Source of the DNA: Candidatus Atelocyanobacterium thalassae
GTDB taxonomy: Bacteria; Cyanobacteriota; Cyanobacteriia; Cyanobacteriales; Microcystaceae
Assembly (NCBI GenBank): GCA_051971635.1
Contig: JBFPLN010000003.1
Location: 288,001-352,000 of the forward strand
Reading direction: 5' to 3'
DNA length: 64,000 nt
Both the position numbers and the translations under genes were made by a program. Under the pieces are notes generated by a model, which was not told the DNA's origin, ran no database searches, and saw only the letters and a program-made list of their open reading frames with translations. Position 1 is the first letter of the stretch; every line of letters starts with the position of its first letter. This document shows, in pieces, positions 31,680 to 43,609 of the stretch.

Positions 31680-31841
31680 ATGAATACTAACACTGACAAG
31701 AAAGCTTTTGATGATCCCAAATTTGGCTTTACTGAATATGCAGAACGCCTAAATGGTCGAGCTGCTATGATTGGTATGATGAGCACTTTCATAATTGAGT
31801 ATATAAGTGGTCAAGGTATTTTACACTGGCTAGGCTTATAA
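31680..31841 (+). CDS. hliD: High-light-inducible protein (HLIP/SCP), HliD-like, 53 aa; absent from the ORF track
   Basis: MNTNTDKKAFDDPKFGFTEYAERLNGRAAMIGMMSTFIIEYISGQGILHWLGL*, with the ExxNGRxAM chlorophyll-binding motif. Confidence 0.93.
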   Translation: MNTNTDKKAFDDPKFGFTEYAERLNGRAAMIGMMSTFIIEYISGQGILHWLGL

Positions 31842-31851
31842 ATTAAACATA

Positions 31852-31914
31852 ATATTTTAAATACTAAATTTCTAAATACTTAGAATATATTTAGAAATTC
31901 AGTATTTAAAATAT
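31852..31914 (+). terminator. 27-bp-arm AT-rich hairpin just after the HLIP
   Basis: ATATTTTAAATACTAAATTTCTAAATA-N9-TATTTAGAAATTCAGTATTTAAAATAT, 1 mismatch. Confidence 0.65.
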
Positions 31915-32233
31915 ACTTAGAGACTATTCATAAATTAAATATAGTATTTTATTGAGTATATATTTGCCACAGTTGAAATGGGTTGTAGCTATGTATTAGT
32001 TAATTAGCAAAAATGATTTGATTAGAAATATAATCTTCTTATGTTAAAAAAAAGAGCTCAATATTTTACCTAATGTTCAATTATTTAAATATTATTCTAG
32101 ACTTCACGCCAAGATATTTTTTCAAATATTTTGCTATTAACTTGGATAAATGAGCTTTCAATTGTCATTATAAATAAAACATTAGAACTTTAATGTTTTG
32201 AATAATTATTGCTAGAAATAGGTATTTTAATTA

Positions 32234-32515
32234 ATGCTACAAGATCAAATACATCCTCAAGAGCATCGTGATCGCCTTATCATTAATGATTTATTAAACT
32301 CTCAGCCTGATGATTATAAATTAGCTGAATTAGCAAGGCTATTAATTCGTTATCAAAATTTTCCAGGAGCTCGAAAAGCTTATCAGGATTTGGACAAAAT
32401 CTTAGTTTCTTGGAATCTAACACAAGAAGAATTATTCATAAAAACTCGTGAAATTCATAATAATAGAAACCTTCATTTAAGCTCATCAGATCCTGAGACT
32501 CAGGATTGGACTTGA
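32234..32515 (+). CDS. DUF3288 family cyanobacterial protein
   Basis: DQIHPQ...LAELARLLIRYQNFPGA...WNLTQEELF. Confidence 0.85.
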   Translation: MLQDQIHPQEHRDRLIINDLLNSQPDDYKLAELARLLIRYQNFPGARKAYQDLDKILVSWNLTQEELFIKTREIHNNRNLHLSSSDPETQDWT

Positions 32516-32842
32516 TCTTTTATCAGTATCTAGATTCTAAGATACATCCTAATATAATTATATTTCTCTTGACAATACAATAAATGTAAGATTGTTTAAT
32601 AGCAATTTTACAGATAGTGGTTGGTTAGATAAAAAACGTTATTAACATATATGTAGAATAGCTTTTACGATACTCAATGATAATATCTTTTTAAGGATAT
32701 TAATAACCTGAGTTTAAACTAAGTAAACCTAAACTATTTTATGAAATATATAAGAAAGACAGTACTAATTTGTAAAAAGCCTAAAAAATAAAAGCATATC
32801 TAAACCTTGCTTAGATATGTTTAGTTTCCCAAATTAAATTAC

Positions 32843-33712
32843 TTAATGAAATCGAACCCCAAGGAAAATATCGTAAAGAAAATCTAAAAAATTTCTACCT
32901 TTAAGTAAATCTAGAGACTGCTCACATTTTTTTTCATCTAGTAATTGCTTAGTTGCATAATAAACTGGCTCATATCTATACCATGGAATCGATGGCCATA
33001 AGTGGTGAACTAAATGATAATTCTGTCCAAAAATTAAAAAATTAAGAATTTTACTTGGATATACTCTGGCATTCTTCCAACGATTGCGCTCCAAGAAAGG
33101 TCGATGAGGTAAGTAGTCAAAAAATAACCCTAAGGCTACTCCTACTACTAATGCTGGTACAAACCAAAAATTCATTACATAATTAATGAATCCATACTCT
33201 ATGCCCAAGATAACAACAGATACTAAAATCAATCTACTTAAAAACCATTCTAATATTTCATTCTTAATCCACAAGCGACGTTTGAAAAAGAATATTTCAT
33301 GATAAAAAAAGCGTGCTGCTATCATCCATAAAGGGCCTCCTGTTGATACAAAATGATCAGGATCATTTTCAGGATCATTAACATGAGCATGATGTTGCAA
33401 ATGTACTCTAGTAAAAACAGGAAAAGCAAAACCTAACATTAATGCACTGCCGTGACCTAGAATTGCGTTAAAAATTCGGTTTGGATGAGCTGCATTATGC
33501 GAAGCATCATGAATAACTGTACCAGAGAGATGAAGAGCAATAACGTTACAACTAAAACATATCCAATCTCTCCAATCCCATAAGTAATGTCCACAAGTCG
33601 AAGAAAAAATTAAAAATAAAGCAACTAGGAACATGACTACATTGGGGTTAAACCCGCCAGGAGTCTTAAGAAATTCTTTAGGAAATGTTTGCAGCGTTTC
33701 CACTGACTGCAT
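32843..33712 (-). CDS. crtR: Beta-carotene hydroxylase
   Basis: His boxes HDASH, HLQHH and HLVHH; FFDYLPHRPF. Confidence 0.95.
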   Translation of the reverse strand: MQSVETLQTFPKEFLKTPGGFNPNVVMFLVALFLIFSSTCGHYLWDWRDWICFSCNVIALHLSGTVIHDASHNAAHPNRIFNAILGHGSALMLGFAFPVFTRVHLQHHAHVNDPENDPDHFVSTGGPLWMIAARFFYHEIFFFKRRLWIKNEILEWFLSRLILVSVVILGIEYGFINYVMNFWFVPALVVGVALGLFFDYLPHRPFLERNRWKNARVYPSKILNFLIFGQNYHLVHHLWPSIPWYRYEPVYYATKQLLDEKKCEQSLDLLKGRNFLDFLYDIFLGVRFH

Positions 33713-34006
33713 GATTATTTTGTACCTCTTCCTTAATATTATTCATCAACACTATCAAGTCTACATGATAATGTAAATTTAACAAAGTTTAATAATTTAT
33801 CTTGCTTTTAGGATTAAAAACTTATATGAGATGAAAGAAATAAAATAGTACTTTACTTTAAAAAGAAACAAAAAATACTAGTTACGATTTTATTTGCAAA
33901 ACTAAAATAAAATTTTTAAGATAGTTTAGAAAATCATACTTTCTTATCTTGATAGAATCAAGATAAGCTAACATATGTCATATATAGAAGGATGCTATAA
34001 AATTTA

Positions 34007-35377
34007 ATGGCGACAGCTTATGTTATTGGATTAGGAAAGTCAGGAATTGCCGCTGCAAGATGTCTTAGGCAAGAAGGATGGAAAATAATTATCAGTGATT
34101 CTGGAACTTCTTGTGAGCTACTAGAATTACAAGAGAAATTAAAACTAGAAGACATCACTGTTAAACTACTTCACAAACCAAATTTTCGAACTTCTTTTTT
34201 ACCAGAGTTAGTCGTAGTTAGTCCAGGAGTGCCATGGGATATTCCTTTTTTAGTTGAAGCGCGTCTTCGTGGGATTAGCACAATTGGTGAACTAGAATTA
34301 TCCTGGCGATATCTTAATTTTCTTCCTTGGCTAGCTATTACTGGTACTAATGGCAAAACTACGACTACAAGATTAATTGAGGCAATTTTTAAAAAGTCTT
34401 TATTTAATGCTGTTGCTTGCGGGAATGTTGGATACGCAGCCTCTGAAATAGCTTTATCCAAGCTGAAGCATCAAAATACCTTTAATCGTGATTGGATTAT
34501 TACAGAGATTAGTAGTTATCAATGTGAATCTTCTCAAACGATAAGACCTACAATTGGTATTTGGACAAGTTTTACTCCCGATCATTTAAGTCGTCATAAA
34601 ACCTTAGATAATTACTATTCCATAAAAGCTTCTCTAATCAAAAATTGTAAATATCAAATCTTAAACAATGATGATTACTATTTATACAGTAAAAGTTCTT
34701 CTAGCTGGCCCAATGCTTATTGGATAACTACTAAAGGAAAAGAAAATTTACCTTGCGATCCACTTAGAGGAGTGTATGTCGAAGATGGTTGGATTGTTGC
34801 GTTTAAAGAGATAATGTTTCCAATAAATTTATTTAAAATTCCAGGCTTACATAACAAACAAAATCTTTTAATGGCCGTTGCAGCTGCCAAGATCGCTGGG
34901 ATTGATAAGAAGACTATTTCTTTGGCTACCAAAGATTTTGATGGTGTTCCTCATCGTTTAGAACATGCTATTACTATTGATAATGTTCAATTCATAAATG
35001 ACAGTAAAGCAACTAATTATGATGCTGCTGCAATGGGTTTAAGCTCGGTAAGAGAGCCTGTTATCCTAATTGCAGGAGGGAAATTAAAAGAGGGAAATAA
35101 TAGTCAATGGATTACACTTATAAAATCACAAGTTGCTAAGGTGTTGCTAATTGGTGAATCTTCATATGTGATTGCAGAATATCTCCAAAATGCTAATTAT
35201 TATGATTACGAAATTGTTCGAGAAATGGATATAGCAGTGAAAAGAAGCTTCGTTTTAAGTAAAAAACTAAGCGCTAGGGTAGTGCTTTTATCTCCAGCCT
35301 GTGCCAGTTTTGATCAGTATAAAAATTTTGAAGATAGAGGAAATCATTTTAAAAATCTATGTAAGAATCTTGCCTGA
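34007..35377 (+). CDS. murD: UDP-N-acetylmuramoyl-L-alanine:D-glutamate ligase
   Basis: GLGKSG, VVSPGV, ITGTNGKTTT, NDSKATN, LSPACASFDQY. Confidence 0.97.
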   Translation: MATAYVIGLGKSGIAAARCLRQEGWKIIISDSGTSCELLELQEKLKLEDITVKLLHKPNFRTSFLPELVVVSPGVPWDIPFLVEARLRGISTIGELELSWRYLNFLPWLAITGTNGKTTTTRLIEAIFKKSLFNAVACGNVGYAASEIALSKLKHQNTFNRDWIITEISSYQCESSQTIRPTIGIWTSFTPDHLSRHKTLDNYYSIKASLIKNCKYQILNNDDYYLYSKSSSSWPNAYWITTKGKENLPCDPLRGVYVEDGWIVAFKEIMFPINLFKIPGLHNKQNLLMAVAAAKIAGIDKKTISLATKDFDGVPHRLEHAITIDNVQFINDSKATNYDAAAMGLSSVREPVILIAGGKLKEGNNSQWITLIKSQVAKVLLIGESSYVIAEYLQNANYYDYEIVREMDIAVKRSFVLSKKLSARVVLLSPACASFDQYKNFEDRGNHFKNLCKNLA

Positions 35378-35859
35378 GAAAAGACCTTTATAAATATTAA
35401 TATTGTAGATACAAATATGTTGATCTTAAGTGTGCATTCAGATAACTTTATTTACTAGAAATGTTTTAATTTCCATAGTATATTATCAATTATAGAAACT
35501 AGATTACGATTAATTAATAATTTTTTTTGTAATTTTTTTAACATATGAAAATATAAGATATTTTATGTTACGAAGAATAACTCTAAATGTACTATTTGGC
35601 TAGAAAAGATTTATCTTTTTATAAAGTCATTGTTGTAGATTATTGAATAATATAAATTCATCTCTTAGATACTTGTACTATGTTCTATTCTTAATCAACT
35701 AAGTAGATATTTTGTATTTCCTACTCATAGTTATTTTTGTGTTAAGGTACTAGTGAATAATAAAAAAAATTGTATTAAATTTATCTAGGAAGATTTTTTT
35801 ATCAATTTGTTAAAAGCGTTTTTTTTTTAAGCTACCCTGTTAATGGAGTTAATATCCCT

Positions 35860-38421
35860 ATGACAATCCCTCAGGATCGAATTATTCCAACAGATTTAAG
35901 TAATGAGATGTCTCGTTCTTATTTAGAATATGCAATGAGTGTAATTGTAGGACGAGCTTTACCTGATGCAAGGGATGGTTTGAAACCTGTTCACAGACGT
36001 ATCCTATACGCTATGTACGAACTAGGGCTAGTTCCAGAGCGACCTTTTCGTAAATGTGCTCGTGTTGTAGGAGAAGTCCTAGGGAAATATCATCCTCATG
36101 GGGATACAGCTGTTTATGATGCTTTAGTACGTATGGCTCAAAATTTCTCTATGCGTAGTCCTCTTGTTAATGGACATGGCAATTTTGGGTCTATCGATAA
36201 TGATCCTCCTGCTGCTATGCGTTACACAGAATGTCGTTTAAGAGAATTATCAACTGACGCTTTATTACGTGATATAGAATCTGAGACTGTAGACTTTGTA
36301 GATAGTTTTGATGGCTCACAACAGGAACCAGTTGTCCTTCCTGCTAGAATTCCACAATTACTTCTTAATGGTTCCTCTGGTATTGCTGTGGGCATGGCAA
36401 CTAATATACCTCCACATAATTTAGGAGAATTAATTGATGGGACCATTGCTTTAATACATGATCCAGAATTAGATGATAAGGATCTCATTAAAATAATTCC
36501 TGGACCTGATTTTCCTACAGGAGGACAAATATTAGGCCGTTCAGGTATTCATGAGGCTTATATGACAGGTCGTGGTTCTATCACAATGAGAGGAGTTGCG
36601 CAAATAGAAACATTAGAGTATCAAGGACGCTCTAATAGAGAAGCAATAATAATTACGCAATTACCATATCAAACAAATAAGTCCGCTTTGATTGAACGTA
36701 TAGCTGATATGGTTAATGACAAACGTATTGATGGAATCTCTGATATCCGAGACGAAAGTGACCGTGAAGGGATGCGTATTGTTATTGAGTTAAAAAGAGA
36801 TGCCCATCCAAGAGTAATTCTTAATAATATCTATAAGCAAACTCCCGTCCAAATAAATTTTGGAGCTAATATGTTAGCTTTGGTGAAAGGAGAACCACAG
36901 CTTTTAACTCTAAAGCATTTTCTTACTGTCTTTATTGACTTTCGAGTTAAAACTATTACTCGACGCTCTAAGTATGAGCTTAGAAAAACTGAAGAGAGAA
37001 ATCATTTACTAAAGGGACTTCTAGTTGCGTTAGATAATCTTGATTATATTATCTCTATTGTCCGCAGTGCAGCTGATTCAGTAACTGCGAAGAAAAATTT
37101 AACAAGTCAATTTGAACTTTCTGATACTCAAGCAGATGCTATTTTGCAGATGCAGCTACGCCGTCTTACTGCTTTAGAAGCAGAAAAAATACATGCTGAA
37201 CATCAAGAATTACAAATAAAAATTGCTAACCTAAGTGATATCTTATCTAAAAAAGAACGCATAGAAGCCATTATAGAAGAAGAATTAATTCAAATTAAAA
37301 ATACTTATAGTACTCCAAGATGTACAGAAATTATCCATGATGAAGGAGAAATTGTAGATACTGACCTTATCGCTAATGAACAAGCTATTATACTTCTTAC
37401 TGAACAAGGGTACATAAAAAGAATGCCTGTTAGTTCTTTTGATGCACAACAACGAGCAACAAGGGGAAAAGCTGCGGCAAAAATAAAAGAGAATGATGTA
37501 GTAGAGCATTTTTTGACTTGCTGTGATCATGATGTAGTACTTCTTTTTAGCGATAGAGGGGTTGTTTACGCTACTAAAGCTTATCAAATTCCATCTTTTT
37601 CTAGAACATCCAGAGGAATACCGATTGTACAAATGCTGCCTATTTCCAAAGATGAAAAAATAACTTCCATTGTTGCGGTTAGTGAATTTAGAGAAGATGT
37701 TTTTCTAGTTATGCTGACTCGTCAAGGGTACATCAAGAAGACTGCCCTTGCTGCTTTTAGGAACATAAGAACTAATGGATTGATTGCTATTTCACTTGAG
37801 AAGGGAGATCAGTTAAGGTGGGTAAGGTTGACCAGAGAAGAAGATAGTATAATTCTTGGTACTCGTCTAGGAATGGCTATTCATTTCCATGCAGATCATC
37901 AGCAATTACGACCTCTTGGTAGAGCCACAAGAGGTGTTAAATCTATGAAATTAAAGAAAAAGGATGAACTAATTAGCATGGATATTCTACTTTCTCAAGT
38001 AACTTTAGGGATAGAAAATTCTCAAGAAAACGAAGATATTTTAGAAGTAGAAGAACTGATTGAGGAAGGGACTAGTATAGGACCATGGATTTTGGCTATT
38101 ACTAATGGAGGATATGGAAAAAGAATTCCTATTACTCAATTTCGTCTACAGCGTCGTGCTGGCATGGGAGTAAGAGCAATTAAATTTAAATCGAATAAAG
38201 ATCATTTAGCATCACTTCGTGTTGTCAATTCAGAAGATGAGCTAATGATTGTTTCCAATCGGGGTATTATCATTAGGCAAGTTGTAGAAGCTATTTCTTT
38301 ACAATCTCGTTCTGCCACAGGGGTTAGGGTACAACGGTTAGATGAAGACGATGCTATTGCTGCAGTTGCCCTTGTCCCTCCTGCCCCTGAAGCAAAAGAA
38401 GAGAATGAAGAAATTAAATAA
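35860..38421 (+). CDS. gyrA: DNA gyrase subunit A
   Basis: [29 protein letters not shown] catalytic Tyr, GyrA-box-like QQRATRG and QRRAGMG. Confidence 0.97.
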   Translation: MTIPQDRIIPTDLSNEMSRSYLEYAMSVIVGRALPDARDGLKPVHRRILYAMYELGLVPERPFRKCARVVGEVLGKYHPHGDTAVYDALVRMAQNFSMRSPLVNGHGNFGSIDNDPPAAMRYTECRLRELSTDALLRDIESETVDFVDSFDGSQQEPVVLPARIPQLLLNGSSGIAVGMATNIPPHNLGELIDGTIALIHDPELDDKDLIKIIPGPDFPTGGQILGRSGIHEAYMTGRGSITMRGVAQIETLEYQGRSNREAIIITQLPYQTNKSALIERIADMVNDKRIDGISDIRDESDREGMRIVIELKRDAHPRVILNNIYKQTPVQINFGANMLALVKGEPQLLTLKHFLTVFIDFRVKTITRRSKYELRKTEERNHLLKGLLVALDNLDYIISIVRSAADSVTAKKNLTSQFELSDTQADAILQMQLRRLTALEAEKIHAEHQELQIKIANLSDILSKKERIEAIIEEELIQIKNTYSTPRCTEIIHDEGEIVDTDLIANEQAIILLTEQGYIKRMPVSSFDAQQRATRGKAAAKIKENDVVEHFLTCCDHDVVLLFSDRGVVYATKAYQIPSFSRTSRGIPIVQMLPISKDEKITSIVAVSEFREDVFLVMLTRQGYIKKTALAAFRNIRTNGLIAISLEKGDQLRWVRLTREEDSIILGTRLGMAIHFHADHQQLRPLGRATRGVKSMKLKKKDELISMDILLSQVTLGIENSQENEDILEVEELIEEGTSIGPWILAITNGGYGKRIPITQFRLQRRAGMGVRAIKFKSNKDHLASLRVVNSEDELMIVSNRGIIIRQVVEAISLQSRSATGVRVQRLDEDDAIAAVALVPPAPEAKEENEEIK

Positions 38422-38456
38422 TAGATTAGATATTTTAAAAGTTCGTGAGCGATTAA

Positions 38457-40430
38457 TTAATCAGAAATAGCTTTATGTTTTGATAAAGGTTGATTTAATA
38501 GCTGGCGAAATTCTTCTCCTTCAATAGTTTCTTGATCAATTAGTACATCAACTAAGTGATCGACTAGTATACGATTATCAGAAATAATTTTTTCAGCTTT
38601 TTGATAGCAACACTTGACTATGGAACGAACCTGCAAATCAATTTTTTCTGCTACTCCTTCAGAGTATTCAGACTGAACAACATTATCAAAACCAAAAGAA
38701 CTTTTATCATCTTTTTCTAACGCTACTAATCCTAATTCTGACATTCCGAAACGAGTCACCATTTGTCTAGCAAGATAAGTTACTTTTTCAAGATCATTAC
38801 CTGCCCCTGTAGTTACTTCATCTTGACCAAAAACTACTTCTTCTGCTACACGTCCTCCTAATAAGCCAGATATTCTAGCTAATATTTGATTACGAGTAAT
38901 TAATGCAGATTCTTCTTCGGGAGTAAACCAAGTCAATCCTTTTGCTTGTCCTCTAGGAATTAAAGTAACTTTTTCTACAGATTCATGCTCAGGAATTATT
39001 GTTCCGACTAAAGCATGTCCAATTTCATGGTAGGCAATTAACCTTTTGCTTTTACTATCAATTAAAGGTGCTCCTTCCATTCCAGCAACAACTCTATCTA
39101 TAGCATCATAAATTTCTGTCATGGAGATACTTTTCTTTCTTCTTCTAGCTGTAAAAATTGCAGCTTCATTTAAAAGGTTAGCCAGGTCAGCCCCTGTAAA
39201 GCCTGGGGTACGTCTAGCAATTGTTTCTAAAGAAACATTTTCGCTAATTTTTTTATCCCGTGAATGAACTTCAAGAATTCCTTGCCTTCCTTTAAGATCA
39301 GGATAATCAACGATGACTTGTCTATCAAAACGTCCAGGTCTTGATAATGCCATATCCAAAACATCGGGACGATTAGTAGCAGCAATTAAAATTATTCCTG
39401 AATTACCTTCAAAACCATCCATTTCTGTTAATAATTGATTAAGGGTTTGTTCCCTTTCGTCATTACCACCACCATAGCCAACACCTCTTTGACGACCGAC
39501 AGCATCTATTTCATCAATGAATATTAAACAGGGAGTATTCTCTTTCGCTTTTTTAAATAAATCCCGAACACGAGAAGCACCGACTCCGACAAACATTTCC
39601 ACAAACTCTGAACCGGAAATACTAAAAAAAGGTACTCCAGCCTCTCCAGCTATTGCTTTAGCTAAAAGAGTCTTACCAGTTCCTGGAGGACCAACTAACA
39701 ATACTCCTTTAGGAATTTTTGCTCCAATGGCAGTAAATTTCTCTGGTTCTTTGAGAAAAGTTACAATTTCTTGTAACTCTTCTTTTGCTTCATCAATGCC
39801 AGCTACATCTTCAAAAGATATGCCTGTACTTGCTTCCATCTGGAAGCGAGCTTTAGATTTACTAAAATTAGTTGTTTGGCCTGAAATATTTGTGGATCTT
39901 CTAACGATAGTAATAACAATTACTAATATTAAAAGTAAAATTGGAACTTGGAGAAGTAAACGTACTGCAGTGGAATTATCAGATGATGGACTATAATTGA
40001 TTTTTACATTATTAGCTTTTAAACTTTGAATTAGTTCAGGATTTTCTTCAAATAGAGTAACTTGCTTGATTACATCATTATTGTTGAAATTAACTTGTGC
40101 TTTTTGTAATCTAGGATCAATTTCAACTAAATTAATATTGCCTGATTCAATATCTTCAAGTAATTCACTATAACTATAGGAATCTTGTTTCTCTTGCCCA
40201 AAACATGGAGAACATGACAATAACAAATTAAGTAAGATCCCAGTAGCTATCAAACTGTTCGTTTTTTTTAGCTTAGGTTTATGAGTCTGTAAACATGCTA
40301 TGTCTTTTTTATGCATTGTATTTAATTTATATTTTGATATTGATAAAAGGGGGAAATACTTCATATTTATCAGCTTAAAGAAGTTTTTCTTATTATGAAC
40401 GATGAAATAGTATTCTTGTCTAAAATTCAA
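38457..40430 (-). CDS. ftsH: ATP-dependent zinc metalloprotease FtsH (FtsH1/2 type; true start probably near 40316-40364)
   Basis: [22 protein letters not shown] motif, HEIGH zinc motif, [14 protein letters not shown]. Confidence 0.96.
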   Translation of the reverse strand: MNFRQEYYFIVHNKKNFFKLINMKYFPLLSISKYKLNTMHKKDIACLQTHKPKLKKTNSLIATGILLNLLLSCSPCFGQEKQDSYSYSELLEDIESGNINLVEIDPRLQKAQVNFNNNDVIKQVTLFEENPELIQSLKANNVKINYSPSSDNSTAVRLLLQVPILLLILVIVITIVRRSTNISGQTTNFSKSKARFQMEASTGISFEDVAGIDEAKEELQEIVTFLKEPEKFTAIGAKIPKGVLLVGPPGTGKTLLAKAIAGEAGVPFFSISGSEFVEMFVGVGASRVRDLFKKAKENTPCLIFIDEIDAVGRQRGVGYGGGNDEREQTLNQLLTEMDGFEGNSGIILIAATNRPDVLDMALSRPGRFDRQVIVDYPDLKGRQGILEVHSRDKKISENVSLETIARRTPGFTGADLANLLNEAAIFTARRRKKSISMTEIYDAIDRVVAGMEGAPLIDSKSKRLIAYHEIGHALVGTIIPEHESVEKVTLIPRGQAKGLTWFTPEEESALITRNQILARISGLLGGRVAEEVVFGQDEVTTGAGNDLEKVTYLARQMVTRFGMSELGLVALEKDDKSSFGFDNVVQSEYSEGVAEKIDLQVRSIVKCCYQKAEKIISDNRILVDHLVDVLIDQETIEGEEFRQLLNQPLSKHKAISD

Positions 40431-40442
40431 AAAACGATTTAT

Positions 40443-42140
40443 CTATGGTTTTGACTTATGATTCGTCGTTTTTTTTAAATAATCACTGCTAATTAAACTA
40501 TTTCCAATTCCCTGTAAAATTCCTTTACCTACTAATCCAATACTACGGCCAACTATTTGGGTTAGGAGATAAACTATGGCATTCCCAGATGTTTTTAATA
40601 GAGAGCTTAAAGGTAATGCTATAGCATCTCTAATTTCTAAAATAATTGTAACAGACCAGCGTATTCTACTTAATTTGTTAAGCTCTTCTTGCCTAGGTGC
40701 ATAAACAAACATAAAATTTATTCCTTTGTCATCTAAGAAAAAGAGTTGATGTTGACTTTCAAAGATATTTTTAGGCTCTTGCCAATACTCATTTTTTCTA
40801 TATTCCCATGCTAGTCGATTTCTAAATTTTGCTAATTCTCTAGTTGAAATCATATTTGTATGAAATAAATTTTCTTTAACTTTTTCATTGTTCGAAAAAT
40901 CGTTTAATATTAACGCTATAATTCCGTTTGAAACTTGTATTATAGCGTTATGTAAAGCTTTTTCTATTTTCTCTGTTAAACTTATAGTTGTATTTAGTAT
41001 TAAAACTTGCTCTTCTATCCAAACATCTTTTAATAACAAATAATCTAACAATTCTAAACAAAAGGGTATCTTATTCAATATTTCTATAGATACTAAAGAT
41101 TCATTATCTTCAATAATTTGTTCAAGTTCTTTTAAAGAAATATTCTTAGGAAGCTCACAGTATTTTTCAATAAAAATTAAAGAAGATTCTCTCCATAATT
41201 TTTGCAAAACTGACAAGCTATTTCTGATGATTCTTTTATTCTCTACCTCAAGAAAATTCATATCCTCTATAATCCGATAAAAATGTTTAGTAACTATTTT
41301 TAAAAGTTCTTTTCTTTTATTATTTTCCAATATGTCGATTTCTAAATAGATGTTGGTAAAGTTGTTAGTATTTCTTTCAATTTTTTCAAGGACTCGATTA
41401 AAGATTATTAAACTGTTGACAGGTTGATTTGAACTATTCGCAATCCAAAAATTTTTCAAGAATGGATTGTTTCTAATTTGATGATTTAATTTATCAGACT
41501 CTATATTAAGAATATTTCTATTAAGCGATCTCTCTAATAGCCAAGAAACTGCTAAAATCTCTCTTTTTTTCCCCTTCCAAAAAAAAGTATTTAATTTGGA
41601 TGCTGAAGATTCCTTTAAAACTTTATCAATGTAAACTAGATTGTTTTTAGTAAATTTAATACTATTTTTTTGAATGTAAGATATCCAATTATTTTTTACT
41701 ATTTTAGGAATATATTTAACAAACTGATTATTTGAAGAAGTCGATCTATATAAAAATTTATTTTGAATTATTTCTTCTAGATTATTTATTAATATATCAA
41801 TTTCAGTATTTTTATCAAAATACCCCTGAATACCTATTTTTTGAAATTCTTTTTCTTCTTTAGTACTAAAATAACGGCTTAAACAACATAATCTAATATC
41901 TGGATACTGTTTTCTAACTTGTATACAAAATTTTTTAATTGCTAAGAAGCTATTGAATAAATTAGGTTCAAAAATAACTATATCAGGTGAAATAGTTGAT
42001 AATTTTAGAAAAGTATCAGTTAAATTATCAGTCTGATGAATTATTTTACATCGAGAACTTTCACTTAAGGCTGTTGCTAAGCCTAAAAGAAAAATTTGAT
42101 CTGTATCTAGAATCAGTATAGAAATAGAGCTATCACTCAC
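40443..42140 (-). CDS. ycf55: Ycf55/DUF3685 protein with N-terminal receiver-like domain
   Basis: REC-like N-terminus; C-terminal ISTRELAKFRNRL, EPKNIFES, LEIRDAIA, GRSIGLVGKGILQGIG. Confidence 0.8.
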   Translation of the reverse strand: MSDSSISILILDTDQIFLLGLATALSESSRCKIIHQTDNLTDTFLKLSTISPDIVIFEPNLFNSFLAIKKFCIQVRKQYPDIRLCCLSRYFSTKEEKEFQKIGIQGYFDKNTEIDILINNLEEIIQNKFLYRSTSSNNQFVKYIPKIVKNNWISYIQKNSIKFTKNNLVYIDKVLKESSASKLNTFFWKGKKREILAVSWLLERSLNRNILNIESDKLNHQIRNNPFLKNFWIANSSNQPVNSLIIFNRVLEKIERNTNNFTNIYLEIDILENNKRKELLKIVTKHFYRIIEDMNFLEVENKRIIRNSLSVLQKLWRESSLIFIEKYCELPKNISLKELEQIIEDNESLVSIEILNKIPFCLELLDYLLLKDVWIEEQVLILNTTISLTEKIEKALHNAIIQVSNGIIALILNDFSNNEKVKENLFHTNMISTRELAKFRNRLAWEYRKNEYWQEPKNIFESQHQLFFLDDKGINFMFVYAPRQEELNKLSRIRWSVTIILEIRDAIALPLSSLLKTSGNAIVYLLTQIVGRSIGLVGKGILQGIGNSLISSDYLKKTTNHKSKP

Positions 42141-42537
42141 AATTTTAAAGGTGAAGGCTAACGAAGTTAATAATTTAGATCAGCTTTATTGTAGACATTT
42201 ATATGCAAATAAATCAACATAACAGTTATCCATTAGAATTTATTTTTTCTATATTCACCATACAATCTTATAAAAAGTAAACATAAAAATCTACTTAATT
42301 ATGTTATGTTTCTTGGATATAAATTAATACTTGGATACTCATAATATCAATTTTTTGTAACTCTATTAAATTAAACTTGATATCTATCAAAGTATGTTAA
42401 AAAACAATATAATCATTTGCTTTGTAAAAAAAATAATTTGATGCAATCTTTAAAAATTTTATGGCGTGATAGCAATACTAGTCTATAGCTTAAATTAGAA
42501 CTTATCCACTACATTGACATTGAAACGTTGTAAATCG

Positions 42538-43497
42538 TTATTTGTTTTTCTCCTCTTCAATTTTACTCAATGCCATTAGATTCTCAATGGTTGTGCAATG
42601 ATTATCTACCCCAAAATCAAAAGGTATCATAGTCTCCTTATAGGTAAAATGACGATAGTTCATAGAGAAATAATCCCAGGCTTCCATACGTAATCGAAAG
42701 ATTTTAATAAATACATTTGCTAAAGCAATTGACAATGGAATTCGAAAATAAATACGTTTATTGAAGTACTTACATATCCTTTCTACAGCTTCATTTACAG
42801 TAGTCTTTTTATTGCCTAGAACAATATCTTTATTTGTCGTAGCTAAAGATGGATTTTGAATTATATATCTAATAATTTGAGCAATATCTTTTGCGTGGAT
42901 ATAGTGAAAGCTTCCATCTACTTTAAAAAATCGTATTAAGTTTATCCACTTTATGACATCATTGATTCCACCGGATAAATGAGAATATGGCTTATTCTCT
43001 TCCCCTCCAAAGACTAAAGTAGGAAAAACTGTAACAATCTTCTCGTAATTAGATAGTTCTTGTAATCGGACATAACATTGATATTTGGTTCGTACATAAT
43101 TAGTGCCTAAAGTTTTCGCTTCAAGTAGTGGTTTATTACTGCTATTTAGTATGCTTGCTGTAGAAAAATAAATAATTTGCTGACATATTTCAGGATCTAA
43201 CAAGTTTATTAAATCTATAGTTGAACTTACATTAATTTCATAAGATTCTACATCACCTCCCCAACTTGTTGCAGCTAGGATAGCGACATTAACTGTTTTT
43301 AAAAAATTACTTAGTTGATTTATATTTTTTAAATCTTCTTTAATTAAGTATATTCCAGGGCGGCTATGATAATTAAACAATAGCTTATCTGGATTTCTTA
43401 CTAGGAAATAAAGTTCATAATCTGTATGATTAATTAAAATTTCTGCTATGTAGTGTCCTATACATCCACTTGCACCTGTTATGAAAATACGTTTCAT
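42538..43497 (-). CDS. NAD-dependent epimerase/dehydratase family protein
   Basis: ITGASGCIG Rossmann motif and YxxxK (YVRTK); downstream of hemE. Confidence 0.85.
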   Translation of the reverse strand: MKRIFITGASGCIGHYIAEILINHTDYELYFLVRNPDKLLFNYHSRPGIYLIKEDLKNINQLSNFLKTVNVAILAATSWGGDVESYEINVSSTIDLINLLDPEICQQIIYFSTASILNSSNKPLLEAKTLGTNYVRTKYQCYVRLQELSNYEKIVTVFPTLVFGGEENKPYSHLSGGINDVIKWINLIRFFKVDGSFHYIHAKDIAQIIRYIIQNPSLATTNKDIVLGNKKTTVNEAVERICKYFNKRIYFRIPLSIALANVFIKIFRLRMEAWDYFSMNYRHFTYKETMIPFDFGVDNHCTTIENLMALSKIEEEKNK

Positions 43498-43609
43498 TAG
43501 TTATTTTTATAATACTTTAAGTAACAGAAAGATTGTGGTATCTTTCTGTCGCCGATATATTGTAACAGACTTTAAAGCGATATCCATGCTGTTGAACTTC
43601 ACAGTTTAA

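Noticed and set aside
39517..39996. 159-aa plus-strand ORF, and similar antisense ORFs (2150, 3135, 5577, 11958, 12374, 18514, 29857, 34171, 36222, 44262, 54769, 62226 etc.)
   Set aside because: These are shadow ORFs opposite well-conserved genes, with no recognisable motifs.
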